From the NCBI GenBank assembly GCA_965153285.1, contig OZ229115.1: a DNA stretch of 64,000 bases; one strand, 5' to 3'. Position numbers and translations under genes: made by a program. Every line of letters starts with the position of its first letter. Position 1 is the stretch's first letter. Positions 51,321 to 64,000 of this stretch are shown one piece after another. Below the pieces are notes generated by a model. The model saw nothing but the letters and a program-made list of their open reading frames with translations. It was not told where the DNA came from and searched no databases. Origin of the DNA: Podarcis tiliguerta (Eukaryota).

Positions 51321-53247
51321 CTCCCCAATTTACTATAGTTTGTTTGATTTCTATCCCAGCTTTCCTCTTGAAGGAGCCCAGGGTGGCAGTTTTTTCCTTC
51401 CAGCCCCTATGCTGTGGGCCCGGTCCAGAATGGGATATTCTCTAGGTGTTGTATGTGAAAGCATGAAAAAGACAGAGATGCTTGAAAGAGACAACATCTC
51501 TGCTGCAATGTGTCATTTGGCCCCAGCAAATTCCAAGCAACCTTCACCCAACCTCCTCCCCATCATCTCCTGCCATTGCAGCCACTTCACAACTTTGGTG
51601 TGTGTTTAAAAAATAACAAATCACACACACACACACCCCCACCCCCACACCCACACACACACCAGAAGTTGTTGGGTGAGTTCAGCTCCCCCCCCAAGCT
51701 TCAGACTCCCCACTTGAATTCTATAGGTACCCTCCTCTCTGAAGGTCCAGGGAGCAGGAGACAGACTTCTGCTTTCCACATTAGCCATGTCTGCTTGGTG
51801 CTGAGTTCTTTCTCCTTCTCATATTTGGAGACGCAGGCAATGGAAACTTCAGCTGCTGCCGCATTCCACTAAGAAATTCTTCAAATTCCCCAGCCTCCCT
51901 GGGGTCCAGCCTTAGTTATTTCACATTGTATTATTCCCATCTGGAAACTGATCTGAAAACAGAGGACTAGATTTGAAACAGAACTGAAAATCAGTGACAG
52001 GACAAGGAGCTTTTGGGCAGAGGCACGTTAACCAGGAGACCTAAATGTCTCTGTGAGCTCTTCTGTTCTAAGGGGAAGAAATTGTGCCAATCAGACACAT
52101 CTGCTTCAGTTGTTTTGAGTGATATGTTTTGTCCCACCTGCTTCCTGTAGGATCAAGGACAGCACTGTTTGTGTGACCTCTCCTTGCACAGTGGTGGAGA
52201 CCCAATGGCTTTTCTTGACTGGACAGTGTCAATGCCAAGGGCAGCATCTTATAAATAGACATTCGTTGGGCTATGCTGAATATTTCTTCACCCTAGGGCT
52301 TAATTTGTGTAGGGACACTGGGAATAGACAAAAGTACCCCAGTCAGGTGCAGTGTGGCCACATTCACCCTATACCATTAAAGCACAAGTTAAGCTACATT
52401 GCTTCCCCCAAAGAATCCTGGGAGATGCAGTTTACCCCTGCAGAGCTACAATTCCCAGCACCCTTAATAAACTACAGTTCCCAGGATTCTTTGTGTTTCA
52501 AGTGTTTGATGTGGATGTGAGTTTCGGTCCCCCACTGCATGACAACAGAGAGTTTTCACAATCAAGGATTACAGGAAACGGCTTCCAGATCAGAGAATGC
52601 AGGGTCCAGGCAAACTTGAGTCCCATCATCTTTTCCTACTCTTGAAAGACTGCTTTATGGTTCAGAGGCTGCCACCTACTAGAAGCCGGGCCCATCCAGC
52701 CTTACACAGCAAACGCAACAACAACATGTCTTTGCGTTTAAGCCAAACACCTTTTACAAATTACTTCGCATGCTTTGCATTCTCAGCCTCTTTACAGGCA
52801 CTTCAGTTACTCAGATTGATCGTGGCTGGAGCCGGAGTAATTATATTTCCCACTGATTTTGAATTCAATCTGAGCCGCCGTCCTCCCCTTCCCGTCCGCC
52901 TCCGATACAGGATGTTCTCTTGGCCTTGCATAGTTTCCAGGCGACATCGTTGCTTTCATAACCAGACTAGACCAAAAGTTTATTTTTCTCGGCTGAATCG
53001 TACAAACACATAACACAAGACACACTCTCGCACACAGGTTGCAGCTGCATCTTTACTGAGCTGGCTCAGGATGCTGAGGAAGGAAGACCCTTCTTGGACT
53101 GGTTTATATAAATTGTATATGAGCGAGAGGCCACCAGATTTGTTCGGGATGGAGGGCAAAGGAAGAACATCTCCAAAGGAACCACCACAGCAGGGATGGA
53201 GAACAAGTGGCCTCCCAGATGTTTAGTAACATCTACAGCTACTACCT

Positions 53248-53604
53248 GGGACACGGGTGGCGCTGTAGGTTAAAGCACAGAGCCTAGGACTTGCCGATCA
53301 GAAAGTCGGTGGTTCGAATCCCCGCGACGGGGTGAGCTCCTGTTGCTTGGTCCCTGTTCCTGCCAACCTAGCAGTTCGAAAGCACGTCAAAGTGCAAGTA
53401 GATAAATAGGTACCGCTCCAGCAGGAAGGTAAATGGCGTTTCCATGCGCTGCTCTGGTTCACCAGAAGCGGCTTAGTCATGCTGGCCACATGACCCGGAA
53501 GCTGTATGCCGGCCCCCTCGGTCAATAAAGCGAGATGAGCTCCGCAACTCCAGAGTCGGTCACGACTGGACCTAACAGTCAGGGGTCCCTTTACCTTTAC
53601 CTTT
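53248..53604 (+). mobile_element. Sauria SINE nested in a hAT MITE
   Basis: Full length; TSD tacagctactacc / tacaactactacc; MITE halves on both sides. Confidence 0.9.
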
Positions 53605-54383
53605 ACAACTACTACCATCCCTAGCCTCTGGCCATGCTAGCTCTGGACTGATGGGAGTTAAGGAGTCTGGCAACCTTTCACGGCCACAGGTTTCTCACCT
53701 CTGTTGTATACAAAGGTCATAAAGAACTTTTTTTTGTTCTGAGCTAAAGTGGGAAGATTGATACACTATTGGGCAGGGCTCCTGGGCCAACCAGAGGCCC
53801 TCTCCTCCTTTGGTGGATTCTAGTAGGCTTCAAACAGTCCTCCAAGCAATGCTCTAAACAGCACTGGACAGCTGAACCCAGCTGCCATTTTAATTTCCCA
53901 CAATGCCTATGACGTAGTGTCACTCTGGAACACTTGGGGGAATTTAAATGGGAACTAGACCTGCTGTTTGGGGTGCCAGGATGGCAACATTTCTTTTGTA
54001 AGGGGGCTTGGCAGGCAGTGGTTCCCTGTGGCATGTGACAATGTTTTTCTTGTATCTATTGTTGCCGATTCTTATGAAATACTGCATTTTAACACTTCTT
54101 TTCTCAAACCAGCTTTGATCCAAATTGAGAAAAAGAATGATATAACTGCGCTTTGAGCCACTAATGTGCACAATGGCGTGATATGTGGCACCACCACTGC
54201 AAAAACAACTGTTAGGAAAGATTTTTGCTACCCTTTTGTATAGGTTTTGTGCACATTTATGCACATTTGTGATTTTCTTCAACAAATCCTGGTGGAGATA
54301 CTGGTAATTCTTCATCCCCTCCCCCTCAAACTGTGCTCAAAGACTTCTGGTTCAGATCTTGGCTCTTAACTGTTAGCTATAAC

Positions 54384-54690
54384 CTGTGGCGTAGCATGGG
54401 TTGTCAGCACCCGGGGCAAGGCAAGTAATTTGCGCCCCCCCCCCCGCTGCACTGTCCCTCCCCCAGATAGTCCCTCGCTCTCTCTCCGCACCACACCGCA
54501 CGCCTGGCACCCTCCCCTCCACAGTGGGTGGCGACCCAGCGGCTCGGATTGGATTCGCACAGCCAGCACTGCAGTGAGAGAGAGTGAGTGAGCCAGGTAG
54601 GGGCAAGGAGCTGCGAGTGTGAGCGCGCCCCCCCCAGATGTTGCGCCCGGTGCGGCCGGCCCCCCCTGCACCCACCACGCTACGCCACTG
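54384..54690. mobile_element. GC-rich non-autonomous hAT element
   Basis: TIR CTGTGGCGTAGCATGG / CCACGCTACGCCACTG; perfect 8-bp TSD gctataac. Confidence 0.85.
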
Positions 54691-55316
54691 GCTATAACAT
54701 TAGGCACGATTCTTTCTTTAAAAATGCCAAGTTAAAAGCTTCTGAAAGAGAGAGAAGAGAAGGAGAGAGGTTACAAAGTGCCACACGGACAGGGACAGGG
54801 ACACAGACATTCATAATCTTCTAGCCAATAGGTGTTCATGATAATTGTGCAACCACTACCACATGGCAATCTCAATATGAATGTGTTGTGTTGTGTGTCT
54901 TTTTGAGATGCAAAACCATGCATTCATTATTGGGAATCTGATATTCCTGAGGCAAAAGCTCAAAGATGGGAGGAATCTGTTTAAAATGTCAGCCAAAAAT
55001 GGGTAAGAAAGAGAGACATGTGCTGGCCACATTCCTCCCCAGTGTGCCTGTAGCCACACACACATGTACTGAGGGATTTGTTAAGGGGCTAGCAGGGTCC
55101 TCCTTGTTCCTCCTTGTGTGCATTGCTGTGGATTGGCTATTGCCCAGAATGAAATGCCAGTCAGCACACTCCCTGATTCCACATCTAGCCCTCCAACCCA
55201 GGAGTTGCCTCAAACTCATGTTGCACATTCTCCTCCTCTCTGCAGAGCCACAACCAAATTCAGCTAATTTGTGATTAGGGGAGAAGAATTTCTACATGAA
55301 AGGCCATGCTATGTAG

Positions 55317-55569
55317 GAAGAAGAAGAAGAGTTTGGATTTGATATCCCGCCTTTCACTCCCTTTAAGGAGTCTCAAAGCGGCTAACATTCTCCTTTCCCT
55401 TCCTCCCTCCCCCACAACAAACACTCTGTAAGGTGAGTGGGGCTGAGAGACTTCAGAGAAGTGTGACTGGCCCAAGGTCACCCAGCAGCTGCATGTGGAG
55501 GAGCGGAGACGCGAACCCGGTTCCCCAAATTACGAGACTACCGCTCTTAACCACTACACCACACTGGCT
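55317..55569 (-). mobile_element. Squam3-like SINE
   Basis: Reverse copy; tgtagg on both sides (TSD). Confidence 0.8.
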
Positions 55570-56904
55570 GTAGGTTGGTTCAAGAACTGCAGCTTTATGC
55601 CTGCCATAGGCAGGGAAAGAAACTAAATTGAGTTTAGGTGCAGAATAGCATCCCTTCGAACTAGGAAAACTCATTTCCTCCAGACCATGCGCTACTATGA
55701 TAGTAGTGTTGCTGGAAAAGATGTTTGTGAAAATAAATTAAATTCTTCATCCAGGATATAATGAAACACATTTATTACCTGTTTTGCACCCCCCTTTCTC
55801 CCCCCCCCTTGTATACATTTCAAAGGATGAGCAGAGGAAATGCAACCATGCTTTGCAAGTCAACAAAATCTTCTTTTGCAATGCTTCCACTAGATGGCAT
55901 ACCATGCCAGGAACCAGACTAGTCCATTGCTAGCCGATATAAAGAAGGGATACCTTTGCACCTGAAATGCCTCTGATGGAATTCATTGTGTTGGCTGCAG
56001 CTGTTAAGCCTTGTCTGAGTCTCAAGACCATGGACTGAGCTACTCTAATGGCTAAAGAGCTATGGGGATGAATCACAGCTCAGTGGCAGAACAAATGTTT
56101 TGCATGCATAAGATCCCAGATTCAATCCCCAAGTTGTCCACTTAAAAGGATCAGTTAGTTGGTGGTGGGATAGAACTCTGCCTGAGACCCAGGAGAGGCA
56201 CTGGTATTCAAAGTAGACAGTCCTGGGCTATATAGACAAATAGTCTCACTTGGTATTAGGGATGGATTTAGCATTTAAAGGCAAATCTACCTCATTCACA
56301 CCTCAATGAATTTTGCAAAGTGGTTTTCCAGCCAGGCAATGTCTGCCAAAAAAATCATACACCAAACTGTGCATGGAATGCTTATATTAGTGAAAACTGC
56401 ATGCAAGAATGCATTATGCTAGAAAATGTATAAATGTTAAGGGAAATATGCTTTGTAAAAATGTGTATATTTGGCAAAAATGCAAATGTGTATGTTAGGA
56501 TAAATTCATTCATAAGGACTTTAAAAAAGAAAATCAAAAACCGATGAGAAAATGTGAATAACTGAATTTAAGATCGGAAAAATGAGGAACTGAAAGAAAC
56601 TGAGATCGATGAATTTGCCCATCCCTATTGGAAACAAGGCACTTTCCTACATCTCCAACTATGAACTGCAGTGCTCCTGGTTAAGATACTGCTTCTACAA
56701 TGTCAATTGGCAAGCCTCAGCCTCCATTTCACTATGAGCATAGTCACCGTTCTACCTTGCAACTCAATTAATGCAGAGAGCTTCCTTTGCAACCTAACAG
56801 ATGATTAAAGAGGTAGTTTATGAGAATCTAGTAAAGAATGCATTGATTACTACTAACCAACATGGGGTTTATCAAGAATAAAGTTTGGTCAGGCGTGATT
56901 TATT

Positions 56905-57965
56905 CTTTGAAAGTGTCTGGAGGCAGTGATGGATTGGATGAGGGCCAATAAACTGAGGCTGAACCCTGAAAGACTGAAGTGTTGTGGGCAGGTGGTTCCT
57001 GTGTCTGGGAATTAGGTGTGTGCCCTGTTCTGGGAGGACCAACAATCTTTCTGAAGCATCAGGGTCATGGTGTAGGAGCACTCCTAGATTCCAACTTGAC
57101 ACTGGAGTCTCAAGTAGCTTCCATGGCTAAGAATGCTTCTGCCTAGCTTTAGGCTGGTTTGCCAGCTCTAGTTACTCCTGGACTGGAATATCCTAACCTC
57201 AGTTGTCCATGCTCTAGTGACCTCCGGCTTGGACTACTGCAATGCACTCAATGTGGGGCGGCCCTTGAAGATAGTCTGCAGGTCGCTGCTGGTGCAGAAG
57301 GCAGCTGATTGGTTGGTAAGTGGGGCAGCCCAGTGGGGCCCTGTGACACTAGTCCTGAAAGCACCGCACTTGGCTGCCAGTGAGCTACTGGGTCCAATTC
57401 AAGGTGTTAGTACTAGCAGAGTGGTGGCCAAACTTGACCCTCCAGCTGTTTTGGGACTACAATTCCCATCATCCCTGACCACTGGTCCTGTTAGCTAGGG
57501 ATGATGGGAATTGTAGTCCAAAAACAGCTGGAGGGCCAAGTTTGGCCACCACTGCACTGGCATATAAAGCCCAAAATTGCATGGGACCCAAGGACCTAAA
57601 AGAGGCAATATCAGTCATCACAGGCCCCACGATCAGCAGGTGAGGCCTCCCTGGTTGGTGCTGCTGACCCATTGCAGGGCCTTTCCAGTGGTGGCTTCCT
57701 GGCTATGGAATGCCCTCCCTAGTGAGGTGTGCCTCTCTCCATCCATCATTTTTAATCTTTTAGGAGGAATTTGAAAACATTCCTGCTTATTTAGGCACTT
57801 GGCACCTGAAGAATGCTGTTCTGGGCAACCCTGAGGGTACTGCATGAAATAATGTTTTGAACTGTATCTGCTTTTAGAGGTTGTTTACTTGTAACTGTTT
57901 TTAGAATGTTTTATTTAGCTGTTAGGTTTCTGCTTGCCACCCTGGCCTCCTTTGGGAGGAGAATT
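56905..57965 (+). mobile_element. L2-clade LINE fragment interrupted by a hAT MITE
   Basis: SGLDYCNALNVGRPLK...VQKAA and AFPVVASWLWNALP remnants. Confidence 0.8.
57419..57554. mobile_element. Palindromic hAT MITE inside L2
   Basis: Hairpin; TSD tactagca / cactggca. Confidence 0.8.
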
Positions 57966-59533
57966 TATTATTTAATTTTAGTTCCCTAGAATAGCCTTAA
58001 TAGTCTTTTTCAGGGGCAGGAAGGCTTCAGGGTTGTGAAATCTACTTTTCTCTTTTTAAATAGAACGTTGAAATACGCCAGTCAGACCAAGGTGAAAAAT
58101 TGTAGGGAGGACAACACTTTTAGAATTAAGAAACAGGGTGCCTGTGAGCATGTAACTCAGCCAATAAATTTGGATGCAGTACCAGAACTTGTTGCACACA
58201 AAGGTTTGCCCCTCTCAGCTTTCTTCATCTCAGCATCATAATTTCAAATGCGAGGCGAGGTCTTTTTGCTGTTGCTAAGCTGTTGCTAAACATAATTCTT
58301 GCTGGTCTACTGCAAATGACTCAGAGATCTACCAGTAAACCCCATTTTACTGTTTGCCCACATATGGTCTTTCTAATGGGACATGTACACAGGACTTTCT
58401 CAAAACACTGTGCTTCATTTATTAGCCAAGGTTGTCTATAGAGAGCATTTTACACCAATGTGACCTAGCCTGTCTCACTAAAACCACCTACCCCTAGAGC
58501 TATTGCTCGAAAGGCACTTTGCCGTAGCACTTTCATTGAGTGCTACCCATTTCCTTGGATAAACCTAGTGCAATTGATACACAAAGGAAGTATCTTTTTG
58601 TAGGGGCAGGCTGTGGAGAAGGCAGATAAGCAAACAGATTAGCTCTGTGAATAGCTCAGATTGGTGCCACCTGAGCTGGGAAGTAAGCATAACTTCCAGT
58701 GCGGACATGAATTACAATTATAGACTCACTGCTATGTTCAAAAGCTCTATATAAACAGGGTGCCTGGAAAAAATATCCATCACTGTGTGGGGAGGAGGTG
58801 CACAGGAGGTCTGCCTGTACCAACTCACAACATCCACTACACAACTATAAATAATTTAGGAGAGGAGCTGAGCTCTTTCTCAAAGCAAAGTTTGCCAAGA
58901 GGAACAAAGGCAGACAGAACCGCCCTCTGATCAGAGCGTGTTTAACAATTCAGCTCCTTCACACAAGCCCCGTGGGATCACAGCGATCAGACTCTTGGTT
59001 TTTAAAATCATGCAAAAAGACTAAACAGTCACAGAATGAGAATAGCGTGCTTTAACATTTTGCAGGAATAATAATAATAATAAACCCAACTGTGCTGCTT
59101 GATGCTTGATGATATCGGACAGAGCTTATCAAATGATGAGGTTTAATTGATGGCAAGGTTCAGGAATTTGCTCTTGTCCAGACTTCCAGTGACGGCATGG
59201 TATAGCAAAGAAGGGCAGACAATTACTGCGCAGGATTTGAGATAGCCTTTAGAAAGCACGTCTCGCAATGAATGAGGAGATGGATACGCTGATATTAAAA
59301 TAATTATCCCTGTGGGCTTGGATTATGAATTCTTTCTTGTCTTTGGCGAACTTATTATTTACTGTTGGCTTTCCTGCTGGCAATATTGAATTTAACCTCC
59401 TCGCTTTAATTCCTTGCTTCTTCCTGGCTGTCTGGGAACAGAGAGTTACAGGGAATCCAGTTGTACATCCATCCGTCTTCAGTATGTATCTTGCCTGCCC
59501 TCACTGCAGGCAGCGAGGAAGATGCAAGATGCT

Positions 59534-59810
59534 CACAGTGTGGTGTAGTGGTTAAGAATGGTAGACTTGTAATCTGGGGAACCAGGTTCGCATCTCTGCT
59601 CCTCCACATGCAGCTGCTGGGTGACCTTGGGCCAGTCACACTTCTCTGAAGCCTCTCAGCCCCACTCACCTCACAGTGTGTTTGTTGTGGGGGAGGAAGG
59701 GAAAGGAGAATGTTAGCCGCTTTGAGACTCCTTAAAGGGAGTGAAAGGCGGGATATCAAATCCAAACTCCTCCTCCTCCTCCTCCTCTTCTTCTTCTTCT
59801 TCTTCTTCTT
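59534..59810 (+). mobile_element. Squam3-like SINE
   Basis: Same family; (CCT)n(CTT)n tail; tcacag on both sides. Confidence 0.8.
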
Positions 59811-60097
59811 CACAGACCTTATGGCAGGAGCTGTGCAATAAGCCCCATGAAAGACAGGCCGCATTTTGACACATCTGTTGCCCAAATGTTTGCTCTCCAG
59901 TTATTCCAAAAGATCTCTTTGAATGCTGAGTCTGAATAAGAGCCCAAAACCAGTTTCCAATTTTTTCGGGGGCCTTTGAGCAAAGTGGAGATCAGGATGC
60001 TCCATAGAGCCAGCTGACACTTAGCATCATAGCTGTCAACTTTTCCCTTTTCTTGCAAGGAATCCTATTTGGAATAAGGGAATTTCCCTTTTATGCT

Positions 60098-60522
60098 TTG
60101 TTGTTGTTGTTGTTTAGTCGTTTAGGCGTGTCCGACTCTTTGTGACCCCCTGGACCAGAGCACGCCAGGCCCTCCTGTCTTCCACTGCCTCCCGCAGTTT
60201 GGTCAAACTCATGCTGGTAGCTTCGAGAACACTGTCCAACCATCTTGTCCTCTGTCGTCCCCTTCTCCTTGTGCCCTCCATCTTTCCCAACATCAAGGTC
60301 TTTTCCAGGGAGTCTTCTCTTCTCATGCGGTGGCCAAAGTATTGGAGCCTCAGCTTCAGGATCTGTCCTTCCAGTGAGCACTCAGGGCTGATTTCCTTAA
60401 GAATGGAGAGGTTTGATCTTCTTGCAGTCCATGGGACTCTCAAGAGTCTCCTCCAGCACCATAATTCGAAAGCATCAATTCTTTGGTGATCAGCCTTCTT
60501 TATAGTCCAGCTTTCACTTCCA
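60098..60522 (-). mobile_element. RTE-BovB LINE 3' fragment
   Basis: ORF ESWTIKKAD...IDAFELWCWRRLLRVPWTARRSN...GVTKSRTRLND; (CAA)n tail. Confidence 0.92.
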
Positions 60523-61111
60523 AATAGGTTTCTTTTCATTGGCTAGAAAAAACAAATGGGGTCCTTTGCCTGAATAATCAAATGGTCTTGGGACAACCTG
60601 TCAGTCCACACCACCCTCAAATTCAGGGGAGATAATAATACAGATTTACATATGCATTAGAATGTTGTAGTAAAGTTTTGAGGTGAAACAGAATGCAATA
60701 TACTAAAGTGAGTCTCCAGGAGGGGGTCACATTTTTGAATGCTCCTATGGATAAGCACATCCCCATGTAGAAAACTTGCATAGCAAGAAGCACTCTGAGA
60801 TGAAATCTTTTTCCTTTTAAAAAAGATTTTATTTGTATATTTTTCACAAATAAAATGGTTAATCAAATATTATCCCATATACAGTCACTTAAACAGTTGA
60901 TTTCCCTCCCACCTTTCCATGGTTTTCTCATGATTATCTTTTGCTACTGCATATTATAATTTATCCATACCTTCTTTTCTTAATTTTATTCTCAAAGTAG
61001 CTTTTAATGGCTGAACTTACTTCAAGCCTGCTAGTGTACTAACATGTTCACAATATTTTTTTTAATAGTCTACAGATATTTTCCAATCCTCCTTGAAGGC
61101 TGTTTTAACTA

Positions 61112-61372
61112 CAGTCATACCTCGGATTACAGATGCTTTGGGTTGTGTGTTTTCGGGTTGTGCACCGCACCGAACCCAGAAGTACCAGAACAGGTTACTT
61201 TTGGGTTTCTGCACTCGCACATGCACAGAAGCACTAAATCATGCTTTGCACATGCACAGAAGTGCTGAATCGCAACCTGTGCGTGCGCAGACACAGCGCT
61301 GTGTGTTGCGAATGCTGCGGGTTGCGAACGTGCCTCCTGTACGGATCACGTTTGCAACCTGAGCGTCCACTG
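61112..61372 (+). mobile_element. Tc1/mariner MITE, family 2
   Basis: Homolog of 4573-4780, TA-flanked. Confidence 0.8.
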
Positions 61373-61374
61373 TA

Positions 61375-61790
61375 TAACACCCATCCTAAAGGATCTTCAT
61401 TGGCTCCCAGTATGTTTCCAAGCACAATTCAAAGTGTTGGTGCTGATCTTTAAAGCCCTAAACGGCCTTGGCCCAGTATACCTGGAGGAGCGTCTCCCCC
61501 CCATTAGTCTGTCCGGACAATGAGGTCCAGCTCCGAGGGCCTTCTGGCAGTTCCCTCCCTGCGAGAAGTGAGGTTGCAGGGAACCAGGCAGAGGACCTTC
61601 TTGGTAGTGGTATCCTCTCTGTGGAACACCCTTCCTTCAGGTGTCAAGGAGATAAAGCACTAAACAACTTTTAGAAGACATCTGAAAGCAGCCCCGTATT
61701 GAGAAGTTTTAATGTTTGATGCTTTATTATGTTTTATATATTCTGTAAGCTGCCTGGAGTGGCTGGGGAAACCCAGTTGGGTGGGGTATA
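61375..61790 (+). mobile_element. L2-clade LINE 3' end with microsatellite tail
   Basis: Same family as 42330-43065; runs into a (TTC)n(TTA)n(CTA)n tract. Confidence 0.75.
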
Positions 61791-61792
61791 TT

Positions 61793-61823
<31 letters not shown>

Positions 61824-61839
61824 TTATTATTATTATTAT

Positions 61840-61874
<35 letters not shown>

Positions 61875-61908
61875 TTACTGCTACTACTACAGCTGCTACT
61901 ATTACTAT
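61791..61908 (+). repeat. (TTC)n(TTA)n(CTA)n compound microsatellite
   Basis: Direct reading. Confidence 0.95.
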
Positions 61909-61917
61909 GCACTATGA

Positions 61918-62053
61918 CAGGCTTCCTCAAACTCGGCCCTCCAGATGTTTTGTGACTACAATTCCCATCATCCCTGACCACTGGTCCTGCTAGCTAGGGA
62001 TGATGGGAGTTGTAGGCCAGAAACATCTGGAAGGCCGAATTTGAGGCAGGCTG
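61918..62053. mobile_element. Palindromic hAT MITE
   Basis: Hairpin; TSD cactatga / tactatgg. Confidence 0.8.
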
Positions 62054-62134
62054 TACTATGGAAAGAAGTGTGCCCTGTGTTCCCTAAGCTAGCTTGTTGC
62101 ATTGAGGTTCGATGGATGATGCTGTCCTATCACC

Positions 62135-62966
62135 TGTCAGAGACTGGACTGAAGGGGACGAGATTGAGGAGGAGGAATGATGGAGACTCCCCCCCCCTTC
62201 TCCTGACTCTTCCAGAGGAGAGGGAAGCAGTACAGTGGTGCCTCGCAAGACGAAATTAATCCGTTCCGCGAGTCTCTTCGTCTAGCGGTTTTTTCATCTT
62301 GCGAAGCAACCCTATTAGCGGATTAGCGCTATTAGCGGTTTAGCGGCTATTAGCGGCTATTAAAGGCTTAAGGGATTAGCGGATTAGCTGCTACAAGGCT
62401 ATTAGCAGCTTAGCGCCTTAGAAAAAGGGGGTGGGGAGCCCCCCCAAAATCTCAAGAATCGCAAGACATTTTCGTCTTGCGAAGCAAGCCCATAGAGAAA
62501 TTTGTCCTGCGGTGTGCATTGAAAAACGGAAAACCCTTTCGTCTAGCGGGTTTTCCGTCTTGCGAGGCATTCGTCTTGCGGGGCACCACTGTACTGATTT
62601 TACAGCAGGGGTTTGAGGAAGATCACAGCTCAGAGATAGAAGAACAAAAGAGTTGGGGAGTGTTAGGAGAAGGGGAAGGGGAGGCCGAGCAGCTAGCTGT
62701 CACATCACTGGAGAGTATTTCTCACCCCGCCCCCTTCTCCTAGAACTCGGCATTCGCTAAGGGTGCAGGAACAAAGGACACAGAGGCACTTGGCCACAAG
62801 CGGCCACTGTAAAGGGAAATGCTTTTGCTAGGATGAAGGGAGGATGTGCTCAGTTGGAGCAACACCATTGTTAGGGTTTGTTGCATCCTTTTGTCTCTTG
62901 CTAGCATGAATGAATAAGCTCATTAAAAAGGACTCTACCTTGTTTTCTCTGCATATTGCTGCCACA
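62135..62966 (+). mobile_element. Possible solo LTR interrupted by a MITE
   Basis: TGT...ACA ends, purine-rich body, ATTAAA near the 3' end; no TSD found. Confidence 0.35.
62233..62591 (+). mobile_element. Tc1/mariner MITE, family 3, with expanded internal repeat
   Basis: TA-flanked TIRs; longer TTAGCGG-type array at about 62314-62420. Confidence 0.85.
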
Positions 62967-64000
62967 AGGGAGGAAGAGAATTCTGAATAGGACTGCCCCA
63001 ATCAGTGTCTGTACATGCATGGGGTTGGGGGTAAGGAAACACTTTCTTGTCCTTCATACCAGGCAGCAAAGAGTCTTGAGGTGGCCCTACAAGAGACAGA
63101 ATAAGGGTATCAAGCTGGAAGTCAGCTAGCAGTGACTTCTTCCCAAGCTAATAGACCATAAGTTGTGGGACTCCCTGCATCTCACAAGCCACGATGGCTG
63201 CAGAAACAGATGGAAAGAAAGGAGATTGCTTGGCAGCCAGCCCATCTCACAAGGTTGATGCTTGCATTGCCTCTGTCACATACGTTAAGTATAATTACAA
63301 TATCATCTTCCTTTATTTGTTTACGATGCCAGAACTAATAATCTTACTAGTTCTTAAAGCTTACTTGAAACTCTAGATGTTGTTTAGTTTCCTTGGGAAC
63401 AATATTTGCATTTTCTAAGTGGGAGGGAAATGTAAATTCTGAAGTCAAGGTTTCCCAAATGGTTTGGAGGGACGCGGCAATCACAAAGCTGTTTTTCATA
63501 CTGCTTGCTTACATTCAATAAATACTCTCCTCCTTTAATGTAAAGCAAGTGTATCCGTTTCCATCTGGCAAATATCGGAGGGTATGCTGAAAATCTTATT
63601 TGAGATGCAATTGGCATCATCATCCAAGGGCACAGGCTTGCCAGCCAACTGCACAGAATCTGAATTGCTTGCACTGGTTTCCTCATTTCTATAGTAACAC
63701 AGGAGGACGACTGCCAGTTCCAGATGCAAAGGAATGTGATTCTCGTCCTTATGTCAACTCTTGTCTTACACAACTGGCTACAGAAAGAGAGTCCAACTGT
63801 TTCACACCATGGAAAATGTAGAGACTGACATCGTGATTTCATTATGCATCTAATGAAATTGTATGTCAGATATGGCACAACCAAGTGTGCAAGTTGCATC
63901 ACTGAGAAAAGTGTGGAGTCTTCTTTGCCTCCATGCACTGAAAAGAGAATCACCAGGGTGCTAGATGTAATCTGTAGTGATGTGTGTGTTCTACTTTATG

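Noticed and set aside
59130-59220. Box C-like ATGATGA as a possible C/D snoRNA
   Set aside because: No suitably spaced box D (CTGA) or terminal stem, and it is not in a known host intron.
63384-63953. 189-aa minus-strand ORF
   Set aside because: No recognisable domain, composition looks non-coding, and there is no supportable splice context.

Overview
Vertebrate genomic DNA, almost certainly a squamate and probably a lacertid lizard. This is inferred from Sauria SINE, Squam3-like SINE, BovB, CR1 and L2 content. The left half carries the complete coding sequence of adenosine deaminase (ADA) on the minus strand: 11 coding exons from the ATG at 29722 to the TGA at 1429-1431, all introns GT-AG, 1083 nt giving 360 aa. 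The Zn ligands and catalytic residues are intact and the promoter is a GC-box CpG island. In 30.3-64 kb I found no protein-coding exon I can support; it is repeat-rich intergenic DNA with SINEs, LINE fragments, hAT, Tc1/mariner and Harbinger MITEs, possible solo LTRs and a few candidate regulatory islands. The most unusual object is a Penelope-like retroelement remnant in ADA intron 1 (28184-28920). It sits between (TA)n tracts and has a perfect 104-bp inverted repeat, each arm of which contains a minimal hammerhead-ribozyme core; one copy is sense to the ADA pre-mRNA. Most ORFs in the supplied track are noise or repeat-derived. Repeat family names are from recognition, not database searches.
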